Origin: Lama glama
Taxonomy: Eukaryota
Direction: 5' to 3'
NCBI GenBank assembly: GCA_028534125.1
Contig: CM052818.1
Location: 30,382,001 to 30,446,000, forward strand
Length of the DNA: 64,000 nt
The notes under the pieces were generated by a model, which saw only the letters and a program-made list of their open reading frames with translations, did not search any database and was not told where the DNA came from. This document shows, piece by piece, positions 50,884 to 64,000 of the stretch (its first letter is position 1; every line of letters begins with the position of its first letter). Made by a program: the position numbers and the translations under genes.

Positions 50884-53289
50884 GTAAGTCCTTCAGGTGT
50901 GGGGTTTTAATGCTGTAAGATTTTTTTCTTTAACTTCAGATTAGTGATTCAAGACTTAATATGTTGAAATATACAATGGGCTAATAATTATTTCCCTATC
51001 TTTAACTAAATGTGCAAAATAAATTTTGTAATCATGTGAATATTGATTGTAAAAATAATCCCTGTTCAATTAGTAGCAACTTCCTTCAGCTTAATTTTAT
51101 TTGATTAATTATACTTTGAATAATTAGATATAGATTTTAGGTATTATTTGGGCGAGTGTCTCAATTTTAGGGATAGCAGGGTACTAGTGCTGTTATTTAT
51201 TGTTAAGCAGAAACAACTGTAGCAAATTCTTAGTTTATTTTATAATCTAATTCTATTTTTTGGCCATTTAGATTTTTCTTAAATGGAACTTGAGTTTGTT
51301 TTAAATACAGAATTTGAAAATATGATTATATTTTTATCTAGCCCAGGAGTACAGTAGCCATTGATCTTGTTGAATTTTCCTTCAGGTAGTATCGGAGTCA
51401 TAGTACTTGTTTTAATATTTATTATTTAATGTTCCAAGTAATATTTAATATTTAAGTCATAGAAATCATTTTGGCATTTACTCATAAACAGAGTATTAGA
51501 TCTAGCACCTTCAAAAGATCATTTCCATTTTGTAGTCAGTTTGCCATCTCTAAAATGAGAGACTTGGTCTCTAAACTGTCTTTAAACTCTATCAGCCTGT
51601 AAGTCTGTGATCTGTTAAAATCAACTTTACTAGTGTGTAAAAAGCCTTATGTATATCTTTTAGTACAAGAATATTTAGTCTAAAGTAGATACAATGTTTT
51701 AGTAAGTAAGGAATTGGATTTGAAACTATAGGTAGATTATGTTGAGTAATATATTTTATTAAAAGCCAAATGGAGTAAATGCAAATTTAGTTACCTCAGA
51801 GATTTTATCATATTTAAATTTGTCTTGTTACTTAAAATTCAATTATGGCCTAATACTTTAACCTTTGGAATTTTGTTTGGATTTTAATTCACTGACTTTT
51901 CCTAAAGCTTTATTATGTTGTCATTCTAGTTAGGTGATTCTTTTCTGGCTACTATTTCTAATTTATTTTTCTGAGGTTTAGTTCTCAGTTGCCTCAGAAA
52001 ACTTTTCTGTTTCTATATCATTTATTTTCTTCATATGGCAAATGGTTACTGAATGTCTACTGTGTGTCTGGCACTATGTGAAGTGTTGAAGCTGCTAGAA
52101 GAGAAAACATGCTCTCTGATTTAATGGATTTTACAGTCTAGTTATCGAACAGACTTAGAAAGAAGCTACTGAAATACAAGAGATGTCAGAGGTTTAGGAG
52201 GCATCGTGGACACACTGGCATCCTTACTGATAATGCGTAGATGTGCCTAGCTTAGGGCTTTTGTCCTTTTTTACATTTTTGACTGTCTCACTTTATGACT
52301 TTGCTCAGTTTTCATATTCCCAGTGAGACCTACTGACGACCCAATTTAATTTTACATCCTACACTCCACCCTTTTGGCATTCCCAATCCTCCTTACGATG
52401 TTCCACTTTATTTTTTACATAAGGATATTTGTTTTGTTCACTAATATATCCAAAGTGCTTAAAATAGCAATTGGAATCTAAGTAGGTGCTCAAAAAATAC
52501 TTTTCAAATTAATGAACTAGTGAATATAATCTTCCTACATACATAATTGAATTAAATGAATACACAGATTGTAATCTGAGAAAGAAACAAAAGGAAACTA
52601 ATTTATAATAAATTAATATGTGTTTAATAGTGTAAATACCTAGGCACCAAGTATTAGAAGAGACAATGAAGCAGTTGATGCTTATGTATAGTGTCATTAA
52701 CATAACAGCTGCATACAAACTTAAACAGCTGTTTAACATTTATTACTCACATCACATCAAGTTACATTGCTGGGTAACTTGATTTTCCAAAATGGTGAAC
52801 AATTTTATTAGTAAAGTTGTAAACTAAACAAAGTACAGTCTTCCCTTTCTTTATGTGATAGTTCTTTTCCCAGGAAATCTACTGTATATTAAAATCATGC
52901 AAAACTTCTTTGTGTTTGTATGTAAAATGGAGTTAGGGTGTAGGTAACTGTAAGCAGGTTTTTCACATACATGGACATGTGAAAATGTTATGGGAAGAAA
53001 ACAGTTCTTTGTGTGGGACTATCCCTGGACCCCACTCACTAAATCCCTGAACAGTATCTTCTGATTATTGGGACAACTCAGAAATGTGCCCACAGTTTTT
53101 TCCATTACACCCCTGTGGTGAATAGTTATTCTATGACTTTCCCTAGTTTATTTTTTTTTCTTAGTACTTACTACCATGTGACTTACTATTTGTTGATTTG
53201 TTGATGATAACGTCCCTGACTAGACGGTAAGCCTGTCAGTGGTGCTCGGTGTACATATTTATTGAATCAGTGGATGAATGGATGGGGCA

Positions 53290-54620
53290 GTGGTGAGAAA
53301 TGAGGCTAGAGAATCTAGAACAGGCTGGTTAAAGGATATTAAATAAGAAAGGATAAAATCAGATTGTATTTGAGTAGATTATAGAGGTGCAGTGCAGCAA
53401 ATAGTTTGGAGGAAGGCCAGAGGGAAAATGAGTAGACCAGTTTGCTGATCCAGATGAGAAATGGTAATTTAGACAATGGATGGGGTGGTGATGGTCAAAG
53501 AGAGGAACAGAGTGGATGTATCCAGTATATTTTAGAGACAAATTGATGACAGGACTTGGTGATCGATTGAACTTGGAGGGGGAGAAAGTATCAAGGACGG
53601 TTTCTAAATATCTGGCTTAGGCTGCTGGTTGGTTTTTGGTTGTGTTCACTTAGATTGGAAGCACAAGATAGGGCTAGATTTTTAGGAAGTAGGGAGATCA
53701 TAAATCATATTAAGGGCATATTATATTTGCTGTTGCCTTAAAGGAGTTCAAGTGGAAATGTCAGCCAGGTAGGCATTTGGATTTTCATTTCACCAGTTAT
53801 TTTTAAACATACAGTTATAGTCCTAGGCACTGGTAGAGATATGGCAGTAAATAAACCGACTTGCTTGCATAGAAATTTTGTTCTAACAGGAGGAGATACA
53901 CTTTTCTTTTTTTAAGTGAAGAATATAGTATAAAAGTTAGTTTCTAATAGTGATGTGTGCTGTGCAGAAAATAATAAAAGGGTTTTTTGAAATAGTAAAT
54001 AATTCTAGTCTGCTTTAGACTGAGTGATTGGAGAAAGACTTTCTGAGGAAGAATATTAAACTGAGATGTAAATGTAAGAAGGAGCAAATCAAATAAAGAT
54101 CAGAGGGAAGAGCATTCTAGACAGAATGAACTGCCATTGCAAAAACCTCATGAGGGGAAAGAGACTGGTGTGTTAGAAGAAAGAAAAAAATGCAAGTGTT
54201 GTAGGAGTATAGTAGATAGGGGTAAGAGTGATATACATCTGTGGTAAGAGAAGCAGGCAGGGGTCAGATAATGTAGGGCTTTATGTTCCAGGGTAAGACA
54301 TTTATTTGAATACAGTGGGAAGTGAAATGATGTAACTTACATTATTTGAGAGGTCACTCTGGTGTTTGTGTACAGAATAGATTTTAAAAGAGGGTCAGGA
54401 ATAGTAACAGTGGGCATTGGCAGGACTTTGAGGGGAGAGATGATAGTAATTTGAACTGGGGTGGTAATAGTGGAGATGGGAAGAAGTTCGTACATTTGAG
54501 ATACTGTCGTCAACGGGAGTTTGCTAATGGGTTGACTATACTGGGTTTGGAGTTCAGAGAGTTAAGATTGGGAATTCTCAACACGTAGATGGTAATCAAA
54601 GGCAGGGCAGAGATGAGATT
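53290..54620 (-). mobile_element. L2 fragments (nested)
   Basis: 'caggacttggtgatcgattg', 'ctttctgaggaaga...aaactgagat', 'ggcaggggtcagataatgtagggc'. Confidence 0.65.
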
Positions 54621-57600
54621 ATCTACTGTAGTAATCCTCAACCCCCTCCTTACAACTGAAAGCACCTGTGGATCTTTTTCAAAATAGACTTGCCCATACA
54701 CACCCCTAGGACTCCCCTTTCAGTGACATGGAAAGAGTCCCAATAATTTTATTCCTAAAATAGGTGAGTTTGAACTGGCCTACTATGGCCTACTATGGCC
54801 CCTGATATGTTGTACAACAAAATTTCCTGTTAATCTTCTTTCCCTTTGTTTTCTCTTCAGCTCTTTAAATCATTTGTGAACTTTAATCGGGCAACATTTA
54901 ATTTTGCAAATTTAAGAATTTGTAAGTCAGTGAATTGATGCTTTTAATACATTAGGAAATGTTTTCCCTGAAACTTTGGTTTACCTGGTACTCTGAAGTT
55001 ACTGAACATACTAGCATCCTTTGGGCCTCGCTAGAATTATGGACACATTTAAATAATATTATATGGTATCCTGCGTATTATGTATAAACATCATACTTTA
55101 AATAATTCTTTAGCCTTTCTTCTAACTATGTTGTTAGGTTTTATTAAACCTTTATTTGTCTTTCTTGAGGTAAATGATCACTTGGAAGGATAGACTTTGG
55201 TTTTTACTTTGAGGGAGAGCAGAAAGAGTTAACATTTACCTGTTGGCATTATTCTCATACTTTATGAAATTTTTGCCTTTTCTGCTCAATTCTAAGGCTT
55301 TGAAAGTAAGAATTTTTGTTCAAAAACTCTTAAGTAGAACCAATAAGCTTTAGATTGGCTTCTAAATCTGCATCTGATTTACCTCACTTTAGATGTCCAA
55401 AAATACCAGAGCTTGACTTTAAAAATTGTATTTAAAAAGCTTGGAATTCAATTTTGGAATAAATACTGAGTATTTGTTATTTGTTTCATATTAATATGCT
55501 TGAATTTAATATGTGGTATAACATTTGACTTAGACTTGATTTTTGAGGTCCATTTATTGAAAAATTTCTGTTTATATATATAGAATTTTTAAATGACTCC
55601 GAAGTGTTCTGTCCTTTTATTAGCATGCTGTTAATTCAAGTTATAAGTCAGTTCTGGGAGTTAGAATAAATGGATTAAAATAATAAGAATGGTTAGCTCT
55701 GTACATATACTCATGTATGTATGATTTTATACATATATCTATGTATGTATGCTCACTGTTAGGCAGACTCTTATACAATGTGTTTTTTTGATTGGTTTAT
55801 ATAACCTAATGGTGAATAACCCACTGTATATTCCTTTTCTAAGATGTCATTTTATGTTGTGAATAATTTCTTTCACTTCAGAATTAATATCTTAGTTTCT
55901 ATATGCAATCTTTTCAAAGCAAAATATAGTAGGATGCTTTTCTGTACAAGTATTACAAAAATGTTAGCAATTCTGAATTGTAATAATTACACATTTGGAA
56001 AGTTTTATAGAGTGAAAAGATTAATTTTAAGTATAAAATTTTAGATTTAATTTTTTCAATTGTGTTGTTTTGATCCTTTTTTGATAGCAGAAAAGTCTCA
56101 TTAAATGTAGTTATTAAAATGCTAGAGAAAAATGTTTTTAGGTTCCAAAAGCAAAAGAAAAATTACTAATTTTTTTTTTGAAAAATTTTTGTATCTGTAG
56201 CACTTGAATATCAATTATGTGAAAAACCACATAAGGAAAGAAAAATACATAGGAAAAGAAACTGGGTGTTCCAAGTATTGTAGTTGGGGAGAAAAAGTAA
56301 CTACTTATAGGAGATGTAGATTCTGAAAGTCTTACTGTGAACCTTTTAAATGACATACTGAAAACAATAGCCATATTAAACATATTTTATATACATTATA
56401 TGATCTTAGGTTATTTTTCCTGTACCACTTTCAATATAGATCAGTGTTTCCTTGTAGACATTGGCATATTATGTATGATTTGGCAGACAGAATCTGAAAA
56501 TTTCATTGTAGTCATCTTTGTGACTTCTTTTGCTTCCAAATTTATTAGTAGGCACTTCATTTACCTTGAACTTCAACTAATTTTCTTTTATTCTTTTGAA
56601 GGTGAAATTGTTCGTATTTGTCCATTTGTACTTCTTTTTCTTGAACTTAGGCCAGTAGTTTCTTTAGTGGTCTTCAGTAGGTTTCACAACATTAAGATAG
56701 CTATTTATTAGTACATTGATTCTTAGCACTGCTAGGGTGACTTTTTTTCCCATAAAATTTTTTCATTGTAAGACTTTATCTTGATGCCTCTTAAAGAAAC
56801 TAGAGTACTTCCTTTTCCTTCCTCATCTCGCTAACTGTCTACCTGTCTCTCCAATATAAATGTATACCCTTACTTTAGAAAACGAGGCCACAGTCCTAAT
56901 GATTTGATACTATTATGTATGTGTTCATAATTAAAAGACGTAATTCTAGTTCTTATTTCTCAAAGGCTTCTAAAAATGTTTCACTATTCTTTTGTGTTTG
57001 TTACTTTAGAGGGAGGTTACTTCTAGGTAATAGTATTTAAAATTAAATAAAATTTAAATAAATAATTTATTACATGTTTATAAAGTTTTAAAAAGAGAAG
57101 ACCTTTGTTGTCTTATTAGAGTCCTGAATTTGCAGCTCTGCCAGTTAAAACTGCCTGTTCAGTTTAGGATTGTCACTTAGGATTTGACATTACGAGCTTT
57201 CACCCATTACTTGGAGAGTCAGCACAAAGATAGATTCCTTCCGCCCTCGTTCTCCTCAAGGTAGGGAGTTAGCTTTCAGTCTGCGGATTTCATGCTGAAG
57301 CTGTTAAATTTTTCGGAAACCCAGATTGTGATGGATAGGCTTTTGGTGTTTATAACGTCTGCTTTGTATCTTAGAGGTGAATGGATAGTGATTGACCCAC
57401 TTCACTGCTTCATATTAAGTGAAATTGATGTGAACAAATTCTCCGTATACCAAGCCCTAGGCAAGCTTTCCGTCCCCTGGACTGTAGATTTACTGATCAT
57501 ATCTTCCAGTGTTTTAAGGAATAGAAAATTTATTTAGACGTATTTGGGAAGCACTTTATTTTTCATCTTCTTAGAATTTTGGCAGTAGTACAAAACTAGC

Positions 57601-60060
57601 ATTTTCATCTTCTTGGAATTTTGGTAATATAATTTCAAAATAGCATGAAAACATAAATATATACAAAAGCATATTTGCTAGTGTTCTGTATTAGTTAATG
57701 AATGTTTCATTTTCCAGTTTTACTGATCATTATTGCTGTTACTGGCATACTTCATGAATTTTCCAGTTGGAGAGTTTCACTCATGAGAAGCACCTTAATT
57801 TTTCCTCTCAGTCCCTCCTATATAAAAAGGCATATCTCTTAACTATCACATTTGTCAGAGAATTGAGTATAATGGAATTGATTCTTGCCCTGGTAGGTAC
57901 ATAACACACTTGAGGGAATTAAAGTTTTAAATTTAATCCCTTAACTTCCATCACCTCAGGTTTTAATTTTCCATGTTGTAATTTAACCATCAAATTTCAT
58001 TTGGAACACTTTATTTAGTAGTGTCTTCTGTACATTTTTAACATTATATTTTCTGTATGAAATTTCTTGGCCAGTTTGAATTTTTTGTCTTCTACAAATG
58101 TGATCATTTGTTTTCTTCTCTTTGAATTACTCATGTCAGTATATAAATGTGATAAGCTTATTCACAATGTGCTTTGAGATTTTAATATTAAAAAATACAT
58201 TGGAACCTCATTGTTACATAATTTATTAATGAGTGGCATTCTATGTAAGGTAAGCTGTCTTAGACTTCATCTAGGAGCATTAAAACTTTCTTATACTATG
58301 TATACTAATTGTAGCTATTGAAAATATTTAAGAATTTTTAGTATGTCCCTTGTTACACTATATGAAGCAGAGTAAGACAATGAGAAGGAGCCTAGGACTA
58401 GAAATTTAGAGACAAGCTTTTAACCTTTTTCATGCCTTAGTTTCTTCATCTTTAGGGAGTTATACCTTGATTTTCCATAGTTATGGAAGAGATTTGTAAC
58501 TCCATATCTGCATTACTCCTTGATTTAGAAATAATATTGAGTGATTTTCTTTTTATCAGAATTATGATACTAATTGTTTATCTTAGGTTTAACTTTTGAA
58601 TTAGTTCATATTTCTGTGAATTTGTACTGAGTATCAGTATATAGTGTTGACCTGGATGCCTCCTAATTGGCAAGGGAAAACCAACTTAGCATTAAACACT
58701 TGATTGTGGATAAATATGAGAGTAGCTAATTGATGTGCAAGCAGTTGCGAGTTGACTATACACACATATGCTTATCTTTTAGATATTTTGTAGAAAAAAA
58801 TGTAATGTTTGTGAAGGACTTGGGTGTTCTGAAAAAAGTTTCTTTATAAAATTAAATTTTGATGCTGCAACTGTACTATTTGTACTGTCACCTACTGATT
58901 GCTGTTATTTTTCAGATGAGTGTTCATCTGAAAACTGTAGGTGCTTTTGTACCATGCTTGTTAAAACATGTTGAAATAGAATTTTAAAATACACACAAAA
59001 TATATCAGTTAATTCCATAGTTAAACTACCATTTACATTTCTCCCAAAGGATATTAATCCAGTTTATTGAACACAAATGTAAGGTATTTTACCTGAATAA
59101 GAAAACAAGGTAAGATAGTTGGTGAATGACTGAGTTAGAATCACTGATTTATTTGCTTGATTTGGATGAGTTATAGTTGCTCTATATTAATGTATTATGA
59201 ATACATTATTCGAATGCATTTGTGGAGTACAGAGTTAAGTGTAAAAAGTGTCCAGGTCATAGTGGTTGTTTTAATAGTACTCTAAACATTTTGATTGTCA
59301 ATTAAAATCTTGAAAATAAAGCATTCTAGTTTAAAAGGATAAAAAGCCTTTCTTTTTTAAACTTGTTTGTAAAGACCTATTTTGTTTAAGCTTTATCAGT
59401 CTTTTATGAGCTTAAGGCTGATTAAAAATACATTATTTTCTTAGTTTGTGGTATCTTTTTATCACATACCTCAATAATTACTGGAAATTCAAAATGCCTT
59501 GCAAACTGTTGCTATTTAAGTATATGTTATGGAAATAGTTAAATTGTAATCAACTCTTCATTATTTATGCCATTGGTAGGAGAAATATAGTGGATATGGG
59601 GAAAACAGCCATATATCAAACTTAATTTTAGATTTTGTATGAAAATTTTCACAAGTTTACTGTTGTAAATACACGCACAGACATACACATGCCTCACACA
59701 TGCATACATGTAAGAAAAGTATGAAGTCCTGAAATGTTTGAGGATTGTGAGCTAAGTGACAGCTGTGGAAAGTGGTACAGAAACATACCAGGAGGTCAGA
59801 GGAAACTAAACTAGGTATTAAACATTTCTGTTTATAAAGTATATATATTATTGAGAGCTGACTATAATGAGATTACTTTTGATTAATGAGTTTGATACTT
59901 CACAAAGTTTAATGTATTTTTTTCCTTCTCCTTAATTGAAAGATTATGATCATTAGCTGTAAGTAATAGTTTTAAAATGTAATTAGGAAATAATAAATTG
60001 TCCTTTTTTCTTTTTCTTTCATTTTCTTTTTCTCTCTCTCTCTCTTTTTTTTTTTTTTAG

Positions 60061-60165
60061 GGTATGAGTATTATAGAACAATTAGACCCTGTATCTTTTA
60101 GCAATTATTTGAAGAAATACCATAATACTATATGTGGAAGACATCCCATTGGGGTGTTGTTAAAT
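60061..60165 (+). CDS. MEMO1: MEMO1 coding exon (7th; Gly220-Asn254, includes Cys244)
   Basis: ~58 nt pyrimidine tract then ag| ... |gtaagt. [35 protein letters not shown]. 105 nt, phase 0 to 0. Confidence 0.97.
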
Positions 60166-61526
60166 GTAAGTATCCTTAGGAAGCCTTAATTTTTAATATT
60201 GGATCCTGTGATGTTTCAAAATATCATAATTGTTATCATCTGTGTTACCTTATTAGCACTGGTTTTAAGTATATATGGTCAGTTTTCTTTCTAATACCTT
60301 TAAGATAATTTAAATTTCTATTGTCTTGGTTACTTAAATACAGTTGCTTATCACTGTAAAACAAGCCAGTACTTTCTTTTAAATAAAGAAAGTTATTTAG
60401 AAGTCCATTTTTTTCTCTTGACTCTCATCCAATTCCAGTATGCTCTTTACAAATATAAACCATAGTAACCTTTTAAGAGATATGGTCTTACTAGTTTTTT
60501 GGTTTTATTTAATGTTCTAGACTCTAAAAAATAAGTGGAAGATTCTGCTCTTGAATTTTATAAATTCATAATTTAGGCAAGACAGATGACATGTATATGT
60601 TTTTCTCCTTACAACAAAAACAATAATATTTTATTAAAAAACCCATAAAGGGGCAGAAGTTTTGGTTAACTGGATTTTTGAAAGAGGTAACATTAATTTC
60701 CCCCCCCAATACAAAACCCAAAAATTGAAAGAAAATGTATGACTCATTAAAAAAGAAGAAAGTGTATACTCAGGGAAATAGGGGGAGGAAGTATTAATGG
60801 GCTCATTGTTTGGAGAGGCAGAGAAATAATAGAGATGGTAATGTAGTCTAACATAGTCTAGGGTAGGAACCTAAAGTGTCCAGTATTACTTGAATGCGAT
60901 TTGAAATACAGTACATAGTGGATTTTTAGGAAATATTTTCTCTTAAGCAGTATTGACTGATTGGAAGAAAAACCTGTTAAGGACTCAAACTTATTTTTGG
61001 AATTTAGAGTAAGCTATACAACTTTACTAAAGTTTGAATTGTATCAAATAAAATTTTTGTAAAATAAGTGATGAACCAGTTCATAAAGTAAAAATCCTGA
61101 TATACCTCTTAGATTTGAAACTTAATTTATATGTGTTTCAAATTTAGTCAAAATCATGCAAAAAGAAGACTCCAACATCTCAAGACAGAAGATTTGGTTT
61201 AGAGAATAGAGAGAAAGATATTATATATTTTTTTTAAATTTTATTTGTTGATTTATTAAAGTAGCCTTACTAAATTACAGGGAAAGGTAGAGTGGAAGAT
61301 GACTCATATTTATCAAGAAGCTAGAGTAGGAGACGTTCTTTGAGAGAATGAAATAAAAAATTCTTTTTCCTATTTTATATGAGGTGACACGAAATTCAAG
61401 AAACAAAAGGAGACTGAGAGATCTAGGCTTCATCTGTGAAGTGGACAAAGTTAAGCAACCAGCACATTCAAAGAGTGCTCACTTTTTTATATGTTATCTG
61501 TCATAACCAAATTTTTCTTTTTTTAG

Positions 61527-61658
61527 GCTATCACAGAACTGCAGAAGAACGGAATGAATATGAGCTTTTCCTTTTTGAATTATGCCCAGTCAAGCCAGTG
61601 TAGAAACTGGCAAGACAGTTCAGTGAGTTATGCAGCTGGAGCACTCACGGTTCACTGA
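61527..61658 (+). CDS. MEMO1: MEMO1 last coding exon (Ala255-His297, TGA stop)
   Basis: ttttttag| then AITELQKNGMNMSFSFLNYAQSSQCRNWQDSSVSYAAGALTVH*. The eight exons sum to 833 nt, and 833+61=894 (297 aa plus stop). Confidence 0.97.
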   Translation, partial: AITELQKNGMNMSFSFLNYAQSSQCRNWQDSSVSYAAGALTVH

Positions 61659-62200
61659 AGCTCTGAATCCTCAGGGATGCCACCTGCACATACTCATACT
61701 CTGTCCAGGGTCCCAGCCTAACCCTTACCAAGACACTGGTCCTGGTTTGGGAGGGATTCTGAAACCTCAAACTAATAGAACTTTCTTCTCTTCTTTTCTA
61801 GTAGGTGTAGTCCTTCCTTAATTTCAACTCATTAAAAAATGCTTTATAGTTTAGAGCAGTGGAAGGAAGGCTGGCATCAAAATATTTTGATCAAAAAAAA
61901 CAAAAAAAGGCAATGTAAAGGCCCAGTTGTGGCAGTCAGTTTTTTGAAAGTAACTTGTAAAGCATTTACCATATTCTAAATTTGCACTCTTTGCAGACTT
62001 GTGCACATATATTCCGCTTTCAGAATAGTTTTGCAAATTGTACACAAACAAAAAGGGTGGAAGCTTTTTAATAAAGAAATTGCATTTATAAATGATCTGT
62101 ATTAGAATATAATAAATCTCCAGTTATAGTCAATTACTACCCGTGTTGTACAACAGATACCTTCTATTTTAGTTGCTAATAAAGGGCTACACAACTCAAA
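61659..62200 (+). other. MEMO1: MEMO1 3' UTR (end approximate)
   Basis: Repeat-free sequence after the stop codon, ending in a cluster of AATAAA hexamers. Confidence 0.75.
62070..62183 (+). terminator. Polyadenylation signal cluster
   Basis: AATAAA at 62070, 62111 and 62178, interspersed with TGTA (CFIm-type) motifs. T/GT-rich sequence follows at ~62218-62250. A proximal ATTAAA lies at 61831. Confidence 0.75.
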
Positions 62201-63224
62201 ATAGTCTGATTTAAACTTATTGCTCTGTGGTACATATGAAAATTGTTTTTTATTAATTCCATTTTAGAATTTTTATGTTAAAAGTGGTAAACTTAAGCTC
62301 TTATGTAAAAATGTTAGGATGTATTTTATATTTTACGTATTTATGTGATTTTTTTTATCACAGTTATTAGATTCATTTTAAAGTTAGCTTATAATATTAC
62401 ATAGTTTGCCTTTTTGTGTGTGACATCACTTTGTGTCATTACTACATTATAATACAATATAAATTCAAGATTGGTAAAAGAACATAGATGTACTTCTATA
62501 ATTTAGAGATTGTGTTTGATAGGCAGTAGTCTGCAAATGAGGAAACATTAAAGAATATTCTTAGTGTTATTCAAATCATTGCAGACCATACACTGCTGCT
62601 ATGCTTTTTTAGTGCTTCAAGCAATTTGACTCTCTTACTTGAATTTTTAGCAAGAAATCATTAACAACAAAAAAAAAACCCACTGGATTTTCTTATAGTT
62701 CTACAATTTCTATAGTTCATGATTTTTGGTGCGGCTCTTCCAACTAAAATAATGGTATGGTGTTGTATTTCTTTCTTTAGCTTGGATCAATTCTAGGCAT
62801 TTTTGTAAAAAAAACAGAACAAAAACAAAAGGTAATTCAGTTAGCTGATTATTGGCCATCATGTATGTACTAGATTATACCTATTTAATCTAACACTGGG
62901 TATTTATATTACATTGGAGAGCTTTTATATCTTCAGTGTTATGCCAGAATAGCACAATTTTTAGATGCCTTGCACCAAGTTTATTTAAAGAGTTACATTT
63001 CTTCTTTACTAAATACCAACTTTCTATACTCAAGAATTGAGATAAAATAATGTAATCTTTTGGATTCAAAATTACCCACCTATACATGTGTGGAAATTAT
63101 ATTCTTATGTATTAGTGATTTATTTCCCATAATTCAGATATACTTTCGAGTACTGTAAATATTTATTCCTTATTTATTATATAGACTATAAAAATTTCAA
63201 AATTGACTACAGAGTGAATTTTTA

Positions 63225-63900
63225 ATGTTTTCTGGATAGAAAACTAATACATGATTACTATAGAAAATTTAGATAATACCGAAAAGTATAAAGAAGAGAA
63301 AGAAAAATCTGCAATCTCACTATCCAGAGATAACACTGTTAATATTTTTTGTATTTTCTTTCAACTTTTGTCTATGCTGTTTATATGTATGAATGTGTAT
63401 ATGTGTTTGTGTGTGTGCATAATGACAATTGAGATTATACTGACCTTATAGTTGTATACCCTACTTTTATAACTTACCGTCATAAGTATTTCTCCATGTC
63501 TTTGAAAATGTGATTTTAAAAAAATGGCTGCCTAATATTCTATTGTATGAATATACTACAATTGAACCAGTTCTCTCTTTGGATATTAGATTGTTTCTAA
63601 TATTTCATAATTATAAGTAATAGTGGGATGGACATCTTTGTATGTGAAATTTGAATTCTATATTAGACTAGTTCTTTAGGATATATTCATGGGAATGGGA
63701 TAATTGGTTTAGGTGATGAGACTTTTTTAAGCTCCTTACAAAATGACCAAGTTACCCTTCAGAAAGATTGTACCAAATTAGCAATATATGAGTACTCATT
63801 ATAATGCCCCGTCTCCACCACTGAGTATCATTTTTTCTAATCTTTGACAATTTGTTAAGCAAATAATTGGTTGTTCTTTTGATCATTCTAATAAGAGTGG
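63225..63900 (-). mobile_element. Old L1ME-type fragment downstream of MEMO1
   Basis: 'atggctgcctaatattctattgtatgaatatac' and 'ccttcagaaagattgtaccaa'. Confidence 0.6.
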
Positions 63901-64000
63901 CTTTACAATCAATTATTTTTTTCCCTTCTGTAATTTTATAGTTGATTGATTAATAAAAAAATACAAGAGGTTTGCTTAGGTTGAGGGAGGGCTGTAGCCC

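Noticed and set aside
61630..61821. Overlapping +strand 63-aa ORF across the MEMO1 stop codon
   Set aside because: It is a short out-of-frame ORF with an internal ATG and no support for initiation or homology.
1..64000. CRISPR arrays, operons or other prokaryotic systems
   Set aside because: There is no repeat-spacer periodicity and no long ORF. The sequence is a spliced mammalian gene.

Overview
This is AT-rich mammalian genomic DNA, most likely a camelid (inferred from the tRNA-derived SINE and the young L1 3' ends). It contains the last eight coding exons of MEMO1 on the + strand. These are 833 nt encoding Gly21-His297 plus the stop, all with GT-AG junctions in compatible phases. The first 61 coding nt lie upstream of the window. 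The 3' UTR and poly(A) signals end near 62.2 kb. The introns are dominated by transposon fossils: L1, L2, MIR, SINEs, MaLR/ERVL LTRs and hAT/Tigger DNA transposons. The supplied ORF track is almost all noise or L1 ORF2 debris. I see no prokaryote-type system (no CRISPR, operon or rRNA). The most unusual items are: (1) a ~390 bp non-standard element at 47.43-47.82 kb with DIRS-like inverted repeats enclosing a 300-nt candidate poison exon whose splice sites would be base-paired; (2) a ~128 bp GC-rich orphan retro-insertion with an A-tail and TSD at 29.95-30.08 kb; (3) a three-exon, 294-nt block that would form a stop-free circular ORF if back-spliced; (4) a nested two-LTR MaLR provirus containing a tail-to-tail L1 hairpin. 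Repeat family names come from recalled consensus similarity, not from a search. Repeat boundaries without TSDs are approximate.
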